The translations under genes and the position numbers were made by a program. This document shows, piece after piece, positions 39,049 through 47,973 of a stretch of 57,378 nucleotides of DNA. Source of the DNA: a virus (lineage: Duplodnaviria; Caudoviricetes); IMG/VR virus record IMGVR_UViG_3300033153_008467, positions 1 to 57,378 of that record; one strand, written 5' to 3'. Every line of letters starts with the position of its first letter. Within the stretch, counting starts at the first letter, position 1. The notes beneath the pieces were generated by a model. It had not been told where the DNA came from. It saw only the letters and a list, made by a program, of their open reading frames with translations, and did no database searches.

Positions 39049-39092
39049 AAAAAAACAGCCCGACGCCCGACTACACCGTCAGGCATCGGGCC
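39049..39092 (-). terminator. intrinsic terminator after major capsid gene
   Basis: GCCCGATGCCTGAC...GTCGGGCGTCGGGC hairpin followed by TGTTTTTTT. Confidence 0.7.
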
Positions 39093-39195
39093 CGCCGAGG
39101 GAAGGCGGTTCCGGAAAACACCCTCCCCGTCCTCTCGTGTTGAAGCCCGGCCCGCGAGGCATTGAGCCCCGCGGGCTACCAGGCTGAGATTTCGG

Positions 39196-40869
39196 TCATA
39201 CCGCCAACGACTGGTCGAGGTCGGTGATCTTCATGCACGCTCCGGCCAGCGTCAGTTGTCCGCCGAACCGGGCCCGCAAGAGCAGCATCTTCTCGTTCTT
39301 CCGGAAGAGGGTGTAGCCCTCCGCCGTCTCGCGGAACTGGCTGCCGAGCCGGCGGATGAGCTGGTACTCGTTGAGGGCGCAGTACGCGGCCGAACCCTCG
39401 GAGACGTGCTCCTCGATCGCCACGTTATGATCCATCAGCGTGTAGTTCTCGTGATCCATGCCCGGCTTGAGCACGCGGCGGGCGTCCGAGGTGCCCACGG
39501 GCACCTGGCACATCCGCTTGTACATCAAGTCGGACGTCACGAACCGGGAGTTCCGCCCCGCCTTCTGGCGGCGGGCCTTCGTCAAACCGAAGATCAGCTC
39601 CTCGATGTCGTTGACGGTGATCGCCCCGGACGTCCCATTGCTGGAGCCCATGGTGTTCGTCCCCGACTTCGTGAAGATGCCCTCGGGCTCGGTCGTCCCG
39701 TCGCCGTTGGCGATCTGGTTGTCGAGCCACTCCCGCAGCCGCTCGCCCATCCGCATCGGCAGTTCGCGTCCGAAATTGATCGGCGTGTCGCTGAGCCAGT
39801 CCATGCCCAACTGGAGGCCAACCGAGCACGTGAAGATCGTCGTGTCGAGGTTGCCGATCAGGCCCGTGCAGTCGAACAGCGAGATGTTCGAGCCCTCCGC
39901 CGTGTTCGACGTGACCGAGATGGCCCCCGCCAGATAGGCCCCGTCGACGACGGCCCCGGCCGGCAGGTCCATGATCGACACGTACGGCACTAGCTCGCCG
40001 TTGAGGATCGGGTCCATGAAGAGCTGGTCGTCGAACGCCCGCGGCACGGCATACGACCCGCCGCTGGTCGTGTCGCTTAGAAGCGACACCTTGACGCCCC
40101 CGGGCATGCTGTCCAACCGCTGAGCCCCTTTCCAGGAGGGCACCAGCGGGGTCGGCTCGCCGCACACCCACTCCGCCTTGTCGAGGCAGTGCTGGACGAG
40201 CTGCCGCTCGTGGTCCGTCAGGTGCGGCGTGTCGGTCAGCTTCCCGCCCCCGAGGATGTTCCACTTCGCCCACGCCCCGCACATCGCCGCGTCCGCGTCG
40301 GAGATGTCGTAGAGCTGCCGGCAGTGGTTCTGGGCCACTCGCGCGTCCTTCGCCCCGTACATCACCGGCTGGCCAGCCAGCGGGTGGGGCCTGTCTCGGC
40401 CACCTGTGACAAGGCGGTCGGGGAACTTGGCGGCCTGCTTCGTGGACGAGTATCCATACGCCTCGATCGGCGACTTCATCCGGCCGGGGCCGCTCGGGGC
40501 CGCCCTGGCCGACGCCATGATCAGCTTGTCCGCGTCCGTCGGCTCCTCGGGCGGGCCGTCATCGACGGCCGTCGTCTCGGGCGCGGCCTCCAGCTTCTCC
40601 ATCCGGTCGGCCAGCTTGCCCAGCGTCTCGTTGACCGGGCCCATCGCCTGCCCGACGGCCTTGCCGATCAGGTCGGCCGCGGCCTTCATGTCGGCGTCGG
40701 GTTCGGCCGGCTTCTCGACCGGCTCGCCCTGGCTCATCTTCTGGATCTGGCCCCACGTCAGGTCGCCCTTGGTGTGTGCCTCGACGACGGCGGCCTCGAA
40801 CTGTGCGTCGTCCGCGTCCGCCGGCACGCCGAGGTGCTCGTTGGCGTAAGCCTTGAGCGTCTCGTTCAT
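39196..40869 (-). CDS. major capsid protein (HK97 fold, with N-terminal delta-like region)
   Basis: SGGSYAVP, NGDGTTEPEGI, ARFGGQL; follows protease. Confidence 0.9.
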   Translation of the reverse strand: MNETLKAYANEHLGVPADADDAQFEAAVVEAHTKGDLTWGQIQKMSQGEPVEKPAEPDADMKAAADLIGKAVGQAMGPVNETLGKLADRMEKLEAAPETTAVDDGPPEEPTDADKLIMASARAAPSGPGRMKSPIEAYGYSSTKQAAKFPDRLVTGGRDRPHPLAGQPVMYGAKDARVAQNHCRQLYDISDADAAMCGAWAKWNILGGGKLTDTPHLTDHERQLVQHCLDKAEWVCGEPTPLVPSWKGAQRLDSMPGGVKVSLLSDTTSGGSYAVPRAFDDQLFMDPILNGELVPYVSIMDLPAGAVVDGAYLAGAISVTSNTAEGSNISLFDCTGLIGNLDTTIFTCSVGLQLGMDWLSDTPINFGRELPMRMGERLREWLDNQIANGDGTTEPEGIFTKSGTNTMGSSNGTSGAITVNDIEELIFGLTKARRQKAGRNSRFVTSDLMYKRMCQVPVGTSDARRVLKPGMDHENYTLMDHNVAIEEHVSEGSAAYCALNEYQLIRRLGSQFRETAEGYTLFRKNEKMLLLRARFGGQLTLAGACMKITDLDQSLAV

Positions 40870-40897
40870 CGTGATCCCCTTTCATTTGGGGTGAAAG

Positions 40898-42754
40898 TTA
40901 GCGGCGGACCATGCCGCCGAGTCTACAGAGGGCCGCTACGAGCCCACATCTTCCACCGCCATTCCCCTCGGATGTTTGCTCAGGTGTATCGATTATGACA
41001 TTGGCCGCTTTGAGCGCGGCGACAATCCCGTCAACTTCCGTAGCCTTGTCCTCCTCGTCCCCCCCCGCCGACTTCAGCACCGCGTCCAGGTCCGACATAA
41101 CGCTCCGGGCCAGCGCCTTCGTCTCCCGATCAACGTCCCGCTTGCCGATCGCCTCCGCGTTGCCACGGGCATCTCGCAGCAGGCCCTCGTTGGCCTTGGA
41201 CAAGGAGCGGCCGGACTTGATGTCGCTGAACACAGCCTGGGCGACCGGGGCCGTCTTCTCCGGCTGGTGGGCTGTCAAGTGCGATACCACCCGTTCCAGG
41301 TCCGTCCCGGCCAGCCCGCTCACCTGCCCCGCCCGGGCCTTGGCGTTGTTCACGCCGTTGATGCTCGCCTTGCCGGCGTTCGCGTGCCCCGGCGGGAAGT
41401 GATGCGGCAGCGATAAGTCGCCGAACGTCCCACCCCCGGCGTCCCATGCGAAGTGCTTGACGATCTTGGCCTTCTCGGTGGCCGATAGGTCGTCCCACTG
41501 CTTGTCGGTGAAGTCGGAGAGCGTCGGCTTTTTCCAGTCGCCCTTAACCGCCTCGCCGCCGCCCCCGGGCGGGTTGGGAGGGACCGACTTCTCAACGAGA
41601 TCAACGGCCCTGCCCGGCCCTGGTCGCTCCATGCGGCGCATCTCTCCGCCGCACTCGGTACATTTCAGATCGCGGCAATGCTCATCCGTCTCGATGGTGT
41701 GACCGCAGTCCAGGCATTCACAGGTGTACACCTCACCGTCCGCATCCTTATCACCAGTCTTAATCAAGACGGTCTGGTCCGCACGCGGCACGACGTGCGC
41801 CCCGCCGCTCCGTTCGTCGTTCAGCAGCGCGGCGGGCTCTGGCAACGGATCGCCATCGACTTCTGCTGCCGCGTCCGGGACGGGCTCCGGTTCGGCCTCG
41901 CCGCCACCGCCCTCCCTGTCCGGGATCAGGGCCGGCTCGTCGCTAGGGTCTTCGTCGTCCGCCGTCTTCTCAAGCGTCGCCCCTTGCACCACCACCAGCC
42001 GCTCATCGTATAGCTTGCCGGCCCAGCCCTTCATCATCGGGGCGACCAGCTTCTCGCGAGAGAACGCCGTTATGAATGCGTCCACGTTGCTGGCCACCGC
42101 GACCACTGACCGCTCCATGATCTCGTAGCGGTGGATGTGCCACCCGACGAACTGCTCGTCCTTGTCCAGCATCTCCTCGTAGGCGGGGTCGTCCTCGTCC
42201 TCATTGTTGTCCGGCAGGAAGCCGTGGCTCATTCGCTTCAGGGCCCCGAAGTCGATCAGCGTCGCCACGTCCCGGGCAAGCAGCCCCAGCGGCGAGCCAG
42301 GATTCGGGGAGTTGACGATCGCCAGCTTCTCCGCGTACCGCTTCGCGTTGTGGACCGTCGACTTGAGGGGCCGGCCGATGATGCTGTCGTACATGTGGTT
42401 CAGGAGCAGCGGCCCGTCCATGTCCGGGCGGGCCCCCTGGCTGTCCAGGATGTCGCGGTCTCGGTCCTTCCGCGTGGCCGTGATCGTCGCCTCGAACGTC
42501 ATCAGCGGCGTGCGGGGGTCGGGGTCGTCGGCCTCTTTCAGACGGCTGCCCTTGATGATCGTATCGGCGTCGCAGTAGACGGGCTGGCCCTCCGCCCGCT
42601 TGAGCGCCCGGTCGAACGCCTCCCGGTCCGTCGCGTATGCCTCCAACTGCCGAAGGTACGTCGACGCCCGGCCGATACCCCACCGGCCACCCTTGCGGTC
42701 CGTTAGACGCTTCAGGATCGCCTCAGCCGCGTGATCTTGCCGGGACATATTCAA
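40898..42754 (-). CDS. HK97-type prohead protease with long C-terminal extension
   Basis: DRDRDIL, LLNH...IIG, MSHGF, ERSVVAVASN. Confidence 0.82.
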   Translation of the reverse strand: MNMSRQDHAAEAILKRLTDRKGGRWGIGRASTYLRQLEAYATDREAFDRALKRAEGQPVYCDADTIIKGSRLKEADDPDPRTPLMTFEATITATRKDRDRDILDSQGARPDMDGPLLLNHMYDSIIGRPLKSTVHNAKRYAEKLAIVNSPNPGSPLGLLARDVATLIDFGALKRMSHGFLPDNNEDEDDPAYEEMLDKDEQFVGWHIHRYEIMERSVVAVASNVDAFITAFSREKLVAPMMKGWAGKLYDERLVVVQGATLEKTADDEDPSDEPALIPDREGGGGEAEPEPVPDAAAEVDGDPLPEPAALLNDERSGGAHVVPRADQTVLIKTGDKDADGEVYTCECLDCGHTIETDEHCRDLKCTECGGEMRRMERPGPGRAVDLVEKSVPPNPPGGGGEAVKGDWKKPTLSDFTDKQWDDLSATEKAKIVKHFAWDAGGGTFGDLSLPHHFPPGHANAGKASINGVNNAKARAGQVSGLAGTDLERVVSHLTAHQPEKTAPVAQAVFSDIKSGRSLSKANEGLLRDARGNAEAIGKRDVDRETKALARSVMSDLDAVLKSAGGDEEDKATEVDGIVAALKAANVIIDTPEQTSEGNGGGRCGLVAALCRLGGMVRR

Positions 42755-42935
42755 TCCCCTGCTTGCCGTGTTGCTTTTTCCACGCCTTGAACGAGTTCCG
42801 CTTGGCCCGCTCCTCGTCGGCCGCGATCTCGGCCCGCCGGCAGTCCGGGCACGGCGACACGTCGATCTTATCGCCGACCACGACCACCCGCTCCCCCGAT
42901 CCGCCGCACGTCTCGCAGGCCATCCCCGCCACCAA
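42723..42935 (-). CDS. small zinc finger protein
   Basis: CETCGGSG...CPDC. Confidence 0.55.
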   Translation of the reverse strand: MVAGMACETCGGSGERVVVVGDKIDVSPCPDCRRAEIAADEERAKRNSFKAWKKQHGKQGIEYVPARSRG

Positions 42936-42936
42936 T

Positions 42937-42988
42937 AAAAAAGGGCCCCGATCGACTCGGCATTACTTGCCGCCGTCGAACGAAGCCC
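42937..42988 (-). terminator. probable intrinsic terminator
   Basis: GGGCTTCG.TCGAC...GTCGATCGGGGCCC followed by TTTTTT. Confidence 0.6.
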
Positions 42989-43055
42989 GGTGTTCCCGCT
43001 GTTCGTCCTATGTGCCCGATAAGATCAGTAGGCTGATCTTATCGCAATATACATC

Positions 43056-43319
43056 TTAACTTGTTGCCCTGTCGGGTGTTACAACCTGTTCAACCTTCGG
43101 CCGGACGGTTACCACCTGCCCGGCCTGCCACACGATCTCAATACCCGTGCGGCCGAAGAAGTCCGTCCCGGCAGCCGCCAGGTGGGCCCGGAACGCCTGC
43201 TCTGCCTGGCCTAGGAGGCTCGCAGTCTCGCCCGCCACGGCGTTGATCTTCGGGCCGAAATCGTGGCCCACGAGCCTGTCCATTACCGTCACTCTACCCG
43301 TCTGGTTTGGATGTGTCAA
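43056..43319 (-). CDS. hypothetical protein
   Basis: 87 aa ORF. Confidence 0.55.
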   Translation of the reverse strand: MTHPNQTGRVTVMDRLVGHDFGPKINAVAGETASLLGQAEQAFRAHLAAAGTDFFGRTGIEIVWQAGQVVTVRPKVEQVVTPDRATS

Positions 43320-43343
43320 CCGTTTTTCCGGCCTGAGCCGTGA

Positions 43344-43670
43344 CTACGGACAGCCGATCGGTGGCTTGCCGAGCACGGCAAGTGTTTCGGAGTCGATCCC
43401 GTCTACCTTGGCCTTGACCTCGATCATGGCGTCGACCAAGGCGTTCCACTCGGTTGCCGTGGGCCTCTCGCCCGGCAACCGCTCAGGAAACGCTATGCCA
43501 CGGATACTGCGCCTGCACGGATTCCTGCGGGCCGCGTTACACATGCAGCCTAGCTGGAACTCTTGCCGGCCGTGTGGACGCGGGCGCCTGGTTCGTCCGC
43601 TATGAAACAGGCCAATGACCGCCGCCGCGACTGACGCGGCGACACCGCCGAAGAATGAACGCCTAAGCAT
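43344..43670 (-). CDS. hypothetical protein with twin-arginine-like N-terminus
   Basis: MLRRSFFGG plus hydrophobic stretch; SD present. Confidence 0.55.
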   Translation of the reverse strand: MLRRSFFGGVAASVAAAVIGLFHSGRTRRPRPHGRQEFQLGCMCNAARRNPCRRSIRGIAFPERLPGERPTATEWNALVDAMIEVKAKVDGIDSETLAVLGKPPIGCP

Positions 43671-43713
43671 TGTCCTTCTCCCCTCGGTTAGAACGCAGAC
43701 TGACTTGCCTTAG

Positions 43714-43938
43714 TCAATCGGGTCTGCAATAAACCGTATCACCGTCCTCGGAAAGCTCTACGCGTGCGCCCTGCATGGCCGCGCAGTCGACGTGCTTTGA
43801 CCAGTATTTGATGTTCTCGCACTGCCGCCGGAGATTGTCGAACGTGGACAAGGCGTTTCGCCCATCCTTCTCCACCGCCTCCGCAGATCGTTCTATCGCG
43901 TCGGCCAACAGCTCGATTCGCCTACTCAACTCACTCAT
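43714..43938 (-). CDS. small hypothetical protein (inserted gene)
   Basis: MSELSRRIELL...; flanked by ~32-bp diverged direct repeats. Confidence 0.6.
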   Translation of the reverse strand: MSELSRRIELLADAIERSAEAVEKDGRNALSTFDNLRRQCENIKYWSKHVDCAAMQGARVELSEDGDTVYCRPD

Positions 43939-43955
43939 TGGCCTTCCCCCCTCGG

Positions 43956-46900
43956 TTAGAAAACAGAAACCGGAGTGCACCGGCAGCCGCATCGGAGATG
44001 AGGCGGCAGCGAATGGTGTCCCGGGTACGGCACCTTGTAGCCCGACACGTTGAACAAGCCGTCGGGCGAATCGGGGCCCGGAGCGACGACGCCATTCAAT
44101 GCCCGATGCTCGGGCCGCAAGTACTGGTCGTCGGTCACGGTCCACCGCTTGCCTCGGATGAGCCCCTGCTGTAGTAGCTCATCTTGCTGAGCATTGTGCC
44201 CGGAATTAAGTAAACCTGTCGTGTTCCCTGTGTATAATTGGGCAGCGTTGAAGTATCCGTGAACCGTAGTAAGGTTGTAGACATGCCCAAACCAATTCGG
44301 GACGCAGACAAGATTCGAGACGCGGTCAATCTCTATGCGTCCGGCCTTAGTTGCCGAGAGGTTGCCGAGAAAACCGGAACCAGCGGACACTGGGTCCGCC
44401 GTAAGTGCCGAGAGGCTGGTGTCATGCGGTCGCGGTCTGAATCTGCGACTTCGTGGCAAGGTCTCGCCCCGGATATGGCCGATCGCGCCGTGACCATATA
44501 CCGGTCCGGCAAGAGCTATCGCACCGTGGCTGGCATCTTGGGCGTTGGCCCCGACGCCGTACTTGGAGCGTTGCGGCGTGCCGGGGTCAAGTGCCGATCG
44601 TTGTCCGCCGCACGCCAGACACTTCTGGCCACGGGCTATCGCAGCAATACCAAAAACCTGCCTGAATTGATGATCGTTGCGGACTACGCTTCGGGTATCC
44701 AAGTTCGAGACATCTGCCTGAAATACGGTATCGCCAAAGGCACCGTGAGGCGACTTGTCTTGAAACACGGCGGCTGCATGCGAAGCTTCCCAGAATCCAT
44801 GGCATCCATCGATCGGGAGGCCGCGAGCGAACGGTGCGCTGTGAACTGCCATTACAAGACATCTCGCGTCGGTTGGGGTGAGGATGCCGTCTACGGCGAA
44901 CTCGTCAACCGCGGCAAATCTCCCGATCGACAGTATCCCGTCGGGACGAAGAACATCGACATTGCCCTCCTGCCCGTCGCCGTGGAAATCTGGCTCTCCG
45001 CTTCGTTCCCGAGCCGAGAAGATTACTGCCGAAAGCGAATCAAATATCTCTCCGATCGTGGCTGGACATGCCTTTACGTTCTGATCTCGCGACGGACGCG
45101 GCGGCTCGACGTTGGGCCGGTGTGCGATGAGATAATCCGATTCCGTCAGCTCGCACAGGGGCACCCATCCGCGAACCGTGAGCATTGGGTGATTCGGGGA
45201 ACCGGTGAGTTCGCGGCCCGATTCGGTGACGACTTTGAACATCGGGCCCCGGTAGAATCGCCGGTAGGCTGCCGTGAGTACCGCCCCGTCAACCGGAGTG
45301 TCCCCAGCTAGGCACTCGGTCCGGTAGATGTTCGCCGACCTCGCCACCGTCGTCTGCGAGCCCAGCACCCCGTCCGTTACCCCGGGCACCGTCGGCGAGT
45401 CCCCGATCCGCACAATCATCTCGTACTCGCTCTCGCCAGCCGCGATCCCCTCGCTCATCGTCTTCGCCAACGCCTTCCGCGTCGTCTGGTTGATGTTCGG
45501 CGAGAAGTTCTGCGTCAGGATCGTGTCCAGCTCCGCCTGCATGGCGGCCTGGACCGCCGGCGACAGCTCCGATGCCTCGATGAACTGCTTGCTGCGATGC
45601 GGCGACAGCTCCCGCATAGCCCCGTCCAGGATGATCGACTCGCACGTCGGCCCGACCGCCGCGATCAGCCGCTCGTCCCAGTCCACCGAGTCGAACACCT
45701 CGGCCACGATCGCCTCGGCCGACACGCCCGCCAGCCCCGAGCCGGCCAGCTTGTGAAAACGCCTCTGCACTTCCTCCCGCTGGTCCTTGAAGAACTCCGT
45801 CACCACCACGTCCAGCCGCTTCTCGTGCTGCCCGTGGGCCTTCAGCCACGCCTGGGCCCGGCGGTCCTCCGGCGACTTGGCGGCGGCCAGTCCGGCAGTG
45901 GGCAGCGACTTGGCCGGCTCTACGGGCATGAGCACCTGCGTCGGCGGGGCGGCCATCGTGTCGCCGTCCGCGATCTCGCCGAGCCCAAGCAGCCCGGCCC
46001 GCAGCTCGTTGCGGTTGCAGCTCTGGTACTTCGCCAGCACCTCCCAATCCGCACGCCGCTCCTCCCGGTCGTCCGGCGTGTACGGCTCGACCCACATCAC
46101 CAGCCGGTCACGGCCGTTCGAGAACCGCGGGGCGAACTTCTTCGACATCACCTTGCTGATCAGCTCCAGCCGGGGGTTGATCGTGAAGTCGCCGAAGTGC
46201 CGCCGAGCCTCCGCCGACGCCGCCCGGCTCGACGGCTCAGTGGCCCCCATCACGTACGGGTGGCTACCGATCCCCTGAGTGATCCGATCGTACGTCGACT
46301 TGCCACTATCGAGGAAATCCATCTCCTCCACCGTGTTACTTATCCTCTCCAACTTCTTGAACAGGGCGCTTAGCAATATCGGCGTCCCCGTCCGCTGTGC
46401 CCCGACCCACCGCTGGGCGATGGCTGTCTCCATCAATAGGTGCATGTGCTCCGGCAGCATCGGCGTACCGTCTTCCTCCTCCTCATCCGCGGGGTCGCCG
46501 GCGAAGATCGCGTATCGCGGGAACATACCATTCTCGAATAGGGCTTCCTGGGCAAGCTGGATCGACTCGTCCGTCCGCACGGCCCGATGCTGCGCCTCGA
46601 CTGGCGACCTGGAACCTAGCAGGCTCGACGGATCGGGATAGTGATAGAGGATGATCTCGTGGCCGGGAACATCCTTGCTCTCCATCCCGCCGCCCGGGAA
46701 AACCTTCCAGCCAGAGAACAGCCCGCCCTCATGGTCCGGCACAACCCACGACGTGGGCAGCGGCCAGACGACGTGCCCCCCTTGGGTCCGACGCGCGCTC
46801 GTCTTCGTGTCCCACCAGTAGGCTCTCCCGGTCAAATCCATGTTGACGACCGTCAGCCACAATAGGTGCCAGTCGGTCATCACCGGGTTGGGGTCCTCCA

Positions 46901-47330
46901 GCAGGTCGAGGGCCCGGTGCGTCTCGTGGATCTCCAGATCGGGGGCCGAAGCCTTGAGATGCTTCGGTAGCAGAACCTCGCGGCCGTCGTTGGTCCGGGC
47001 CCAGAACGCCGTCTCCATCCCGTTGACCGGGCGGATGGACCGGATCGACCGGGCGGTCGCTCGGGACGAGTCCGGCTTCCGCAGCTTGGCAATACGGACG
47101 TCTTGCCCCGCCACGGTGTTCGCGATCGGCCTGATCGCCGCCTGAACCACGCCACGGAAGTGCAGGTAGTCGGACTCGGCGCCCAGGTCGCGGGCCATCG
47201 ACGGTATGACGGGTCCCAGGGCCACGCCTCCCTCGGCGAGCCCGGTGCCTGCGACGGCGCGGAACTGGGCGACGCGTGCGCGGCTCTGGGACCTGAGATT
47301 GCTGGCACGCTCGGCGGCTGCGACGGTCAT
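43956..47330 (-). CDS. portal protein fused to Mu gpF-like head morphogenesis domain, intein-containing
   Basis: LLEDPNPVMT, LTGRAYW, FENG..P (portal); INQTTR, RTE|TT, KRW....D...R..H, CGCRC (gpF). Confidence 0.88.
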   Translation of the reverse strand: MTVAAAERASNLRSQSRARVAQFRAVAGTGLAEGGVALGPVIPSMARDLGAESDYLHFRGVVQAAIRPIANTVAGQDVRIAKLRKPDSSRATARSIRSIRPVNGMETAFWARTNDGREVLLPKHLKASAPDLEIHETHRALDLLEDPNPVMTDWHLLWLTVVNMDLTGRAYWWDTKTSARRTQGGHVVWPLPTSWVVPDHEGGLFSGWKVFPGGGMESKDVPGHEIILYHYPDPSSLLGSRSPVEAQHRAVRTDESIQLAQEALFENGMFPRYAIFAGDPADEEEEDGTPMLPEHMHLLMETAIAQRWVGAQRTGTPILLSALFKKLERISNTVEEMDFLDSGKSTYDRITQGIGSHPYVMGATEPSSRAASAEARRHFGDFTINPRLELISKVMSKKFAPRFSNGRDRLVMWVEPYTPDDREERRADWEVLAKYQSCNRNELRAGLLGLGEIADGDTMAAPPTQVLMPVEPAKSLPTAGLAAAKSPEDRRAQAWLKAHGQHEKRLDVVVTEFFKDQREEVQRRFHKLAGSGLAGVSAEAIVAEVFDSVDWDERLIAAVGPTCESIILDGAMRELSPHRSKQFIEASELSPAVQAAMQAELDTILTQNFSPNINQTTRKALAKTMSEGIAAGESEYEMIVRIGDSPTVPGVTDGVLGSQTTVARSANIYRTECLAGDTPVDGAVLTAAYRRFYRGPMFKVVTESGRELTGSPNHPMLTVRGWVPLCELTESDYLIAHRPNVEPPRPSRDQNVKACPATIGEIFDSLSAVIFSARERSGEPDFHGDGQEGNVDVLRPDGILSIGRFAAVDEFAVDGILTPTDARCLVMAVHSAPFARGLPIDGCHGFWEASHAAAVFQDKSPHGAFGDTVFQADVSNLDTRSVVRNDHQFRQVFGIAAIARGQKCLACGGQRSALDPGTPQRSKYGVGANAQDASHGAIALAGPVYGHGAIGHIRGETLPRSRRFRPRPHDTSLSALTADPVSAGSGFLGNLSATKAGRIEIDRVSNLVCVPNWFGHVYNLTTVHGYFNAAQLYTGNTTGLLNSGHNAQQDELLQQGLIRGKRWTVTDDQYLRPEHRALNGVVAPGPDSPDGLFNVSGYKVPYPGHHSLPPHLRCGCRCTPVSVF
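44233..44238 (+). promoter_or_regulatory. possible -10 box for the antisense endonuclease gene
   Basis: Perfect TATAAT ending 44 nt upstream of ATG 44283; no clear -35. Confidence 0.4.
44283..45311 (+). CDS. putative homing endonuclease (3x HTH plus DUF559/Vsr-like PD-(D/E)xK domain), antisense inside the intein
   Basis: Three Y.SG.S.R.VA...G.....V.....AG..RS repeats; GEDAV...QYPVGTKNIDIA...VAVEIW...L..RGW..LYV. Confidence 0.8.
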   Translation: MPKPIRDADKIRDAVNLYASGLSCREVAEKTGTSGHWVRRKCREAGVMRSRSESATSWQGLAPDMADRAVTIYRSGKSYRTVAGILGVGPDAVLGALRRAGVKCRSLSAARQTLLATGYRSNTKNLPELMIVADYASGIQVRDICLKYGIAKGTVRRLVLKHGGCMRSFPESMASIDREAASERCAVNCHYKTSRVGWGEDAVYGELVNRGKSPDRQYPVGTKNIDIALLPVAVEIWLSASFPSREDYCRKRIKYLSDRGWTCLYVLISRRTRRLDVGPVCDEIIRFRQLAQGHPSANREHWVIRGTGEFAARFGDDFEHRAPVESPVGCREYRPVNRSVPS

Positions 47331-47713
47331 TACGTTCGCCTCCTGGGCTGGGCCACCATTCCCCCGAACGCTTCGCATGCGTTGAGCACCGCCGTGTGGG
47401 CCCCGAACATAGCCATCACGTTCTCGTGGGCCGTCTGGAACGCCTCGACCTCGGCCGTACGGGCCGCTACCTGGGCCTCAGCTTCGGCCAGCTCGGCGCG
47501 CAGCCGGCGAACCTCGACCGCCGCGTCCTCTTCGGCCAGGACCAGCTGGCCCTCCAGCCTGACGATCCGGCCCCGCAGCACCTTGGCCTCGGCCCGCAGC
47601 CGACGCTCCTCGGCGGACGACCGGCATTTGCCCAACCGCCGGGCAATCCACCCCGTCACGACCGCCCACAGGCCCCAACATCTTCCCTCGATAGTCCGGA
47701 CGGCTCGCCACAT
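47330..47713 (-). CDS. coiled-coil hypothetical protein
   Basis: Heptad-rich; stop overlaps portal start; start uncertain. Confidence 0.6.
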   Translation of the reverse strand: MWRAVRTIEGRCWGLWAVVTGWIARRLGKCRSSAEERRLRAEAKVLRGRIVRLEGQLVLAEEDAAVEVRRLRAELAEAEAQVAARTAEVEAFQTAHENVMAMFGAHTAVLNACEAFGGMVAQPRRRT

Positions 47714-47717
47714 GATA

Positions 47718-47750
47718 TGGTATAATGACAGGTGTCGAAGCGGTTGTCAA
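47718..47750. promoter_or_regulatory. overlapping divergent promoters
   Basis: Plus: extended -10 TGGTATAAT at 47718-47726. Minus: TTGACA (47750-47745), 17 nt, CATTAT. Confidence 0.55.
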
Positions 47751-47811
47751 CCTCGGGCGGCAGTCCCGCCCCCCCAGAATGGAGGATTGAAGATGAATTA
47801 GTGCCGTTGCG

Positions 47812-47973
47812 ACCAAGCCCCCGGCGGCGTGGACAGCAACACGCCCGAATAGAAGTAGCGTCATAAGCTGGCCCGCAGAATCCGACAAGAGCCAGTACGA
47901 GACTACCTGCTTGCGCCCCAAGTGCCTCGGAGGATCAAGGGGAAGCCGGTGCAATTCCGACTCGGGGGCTTTT
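47812..47973 (+). ncRNA. tRNA-like structured RNA, copy 1
   Basis: Closing stem AGCCCCCGG/TCGGGGGCT; D-like arm GGCGTG-GACAGCAA-CACGCC; T-like arm CGG-TGCAATT-CCG; T-tract. Confidence 0.65.

Larger units (their letters stand above)
44223..45314 (-). mobile_element. intein, 364 aa
   Basis: Block A CLAGDTPV; block B GSPNHPMLT..GW; C-terminal HVYNLTT...YTGN followed by Thr+1; removal restores IYRTE-TTG. Confidence 0.9.

Noticed and set aside
47938-47970. Cobalamin riboswitch, suggested by GGGAAGCCGGTGCAATTCCG
   Set aside because: The following CCCGC-ACTGT core and B12 box are absent, and the 3' side pairs with the 5' GCCCCCGG instead
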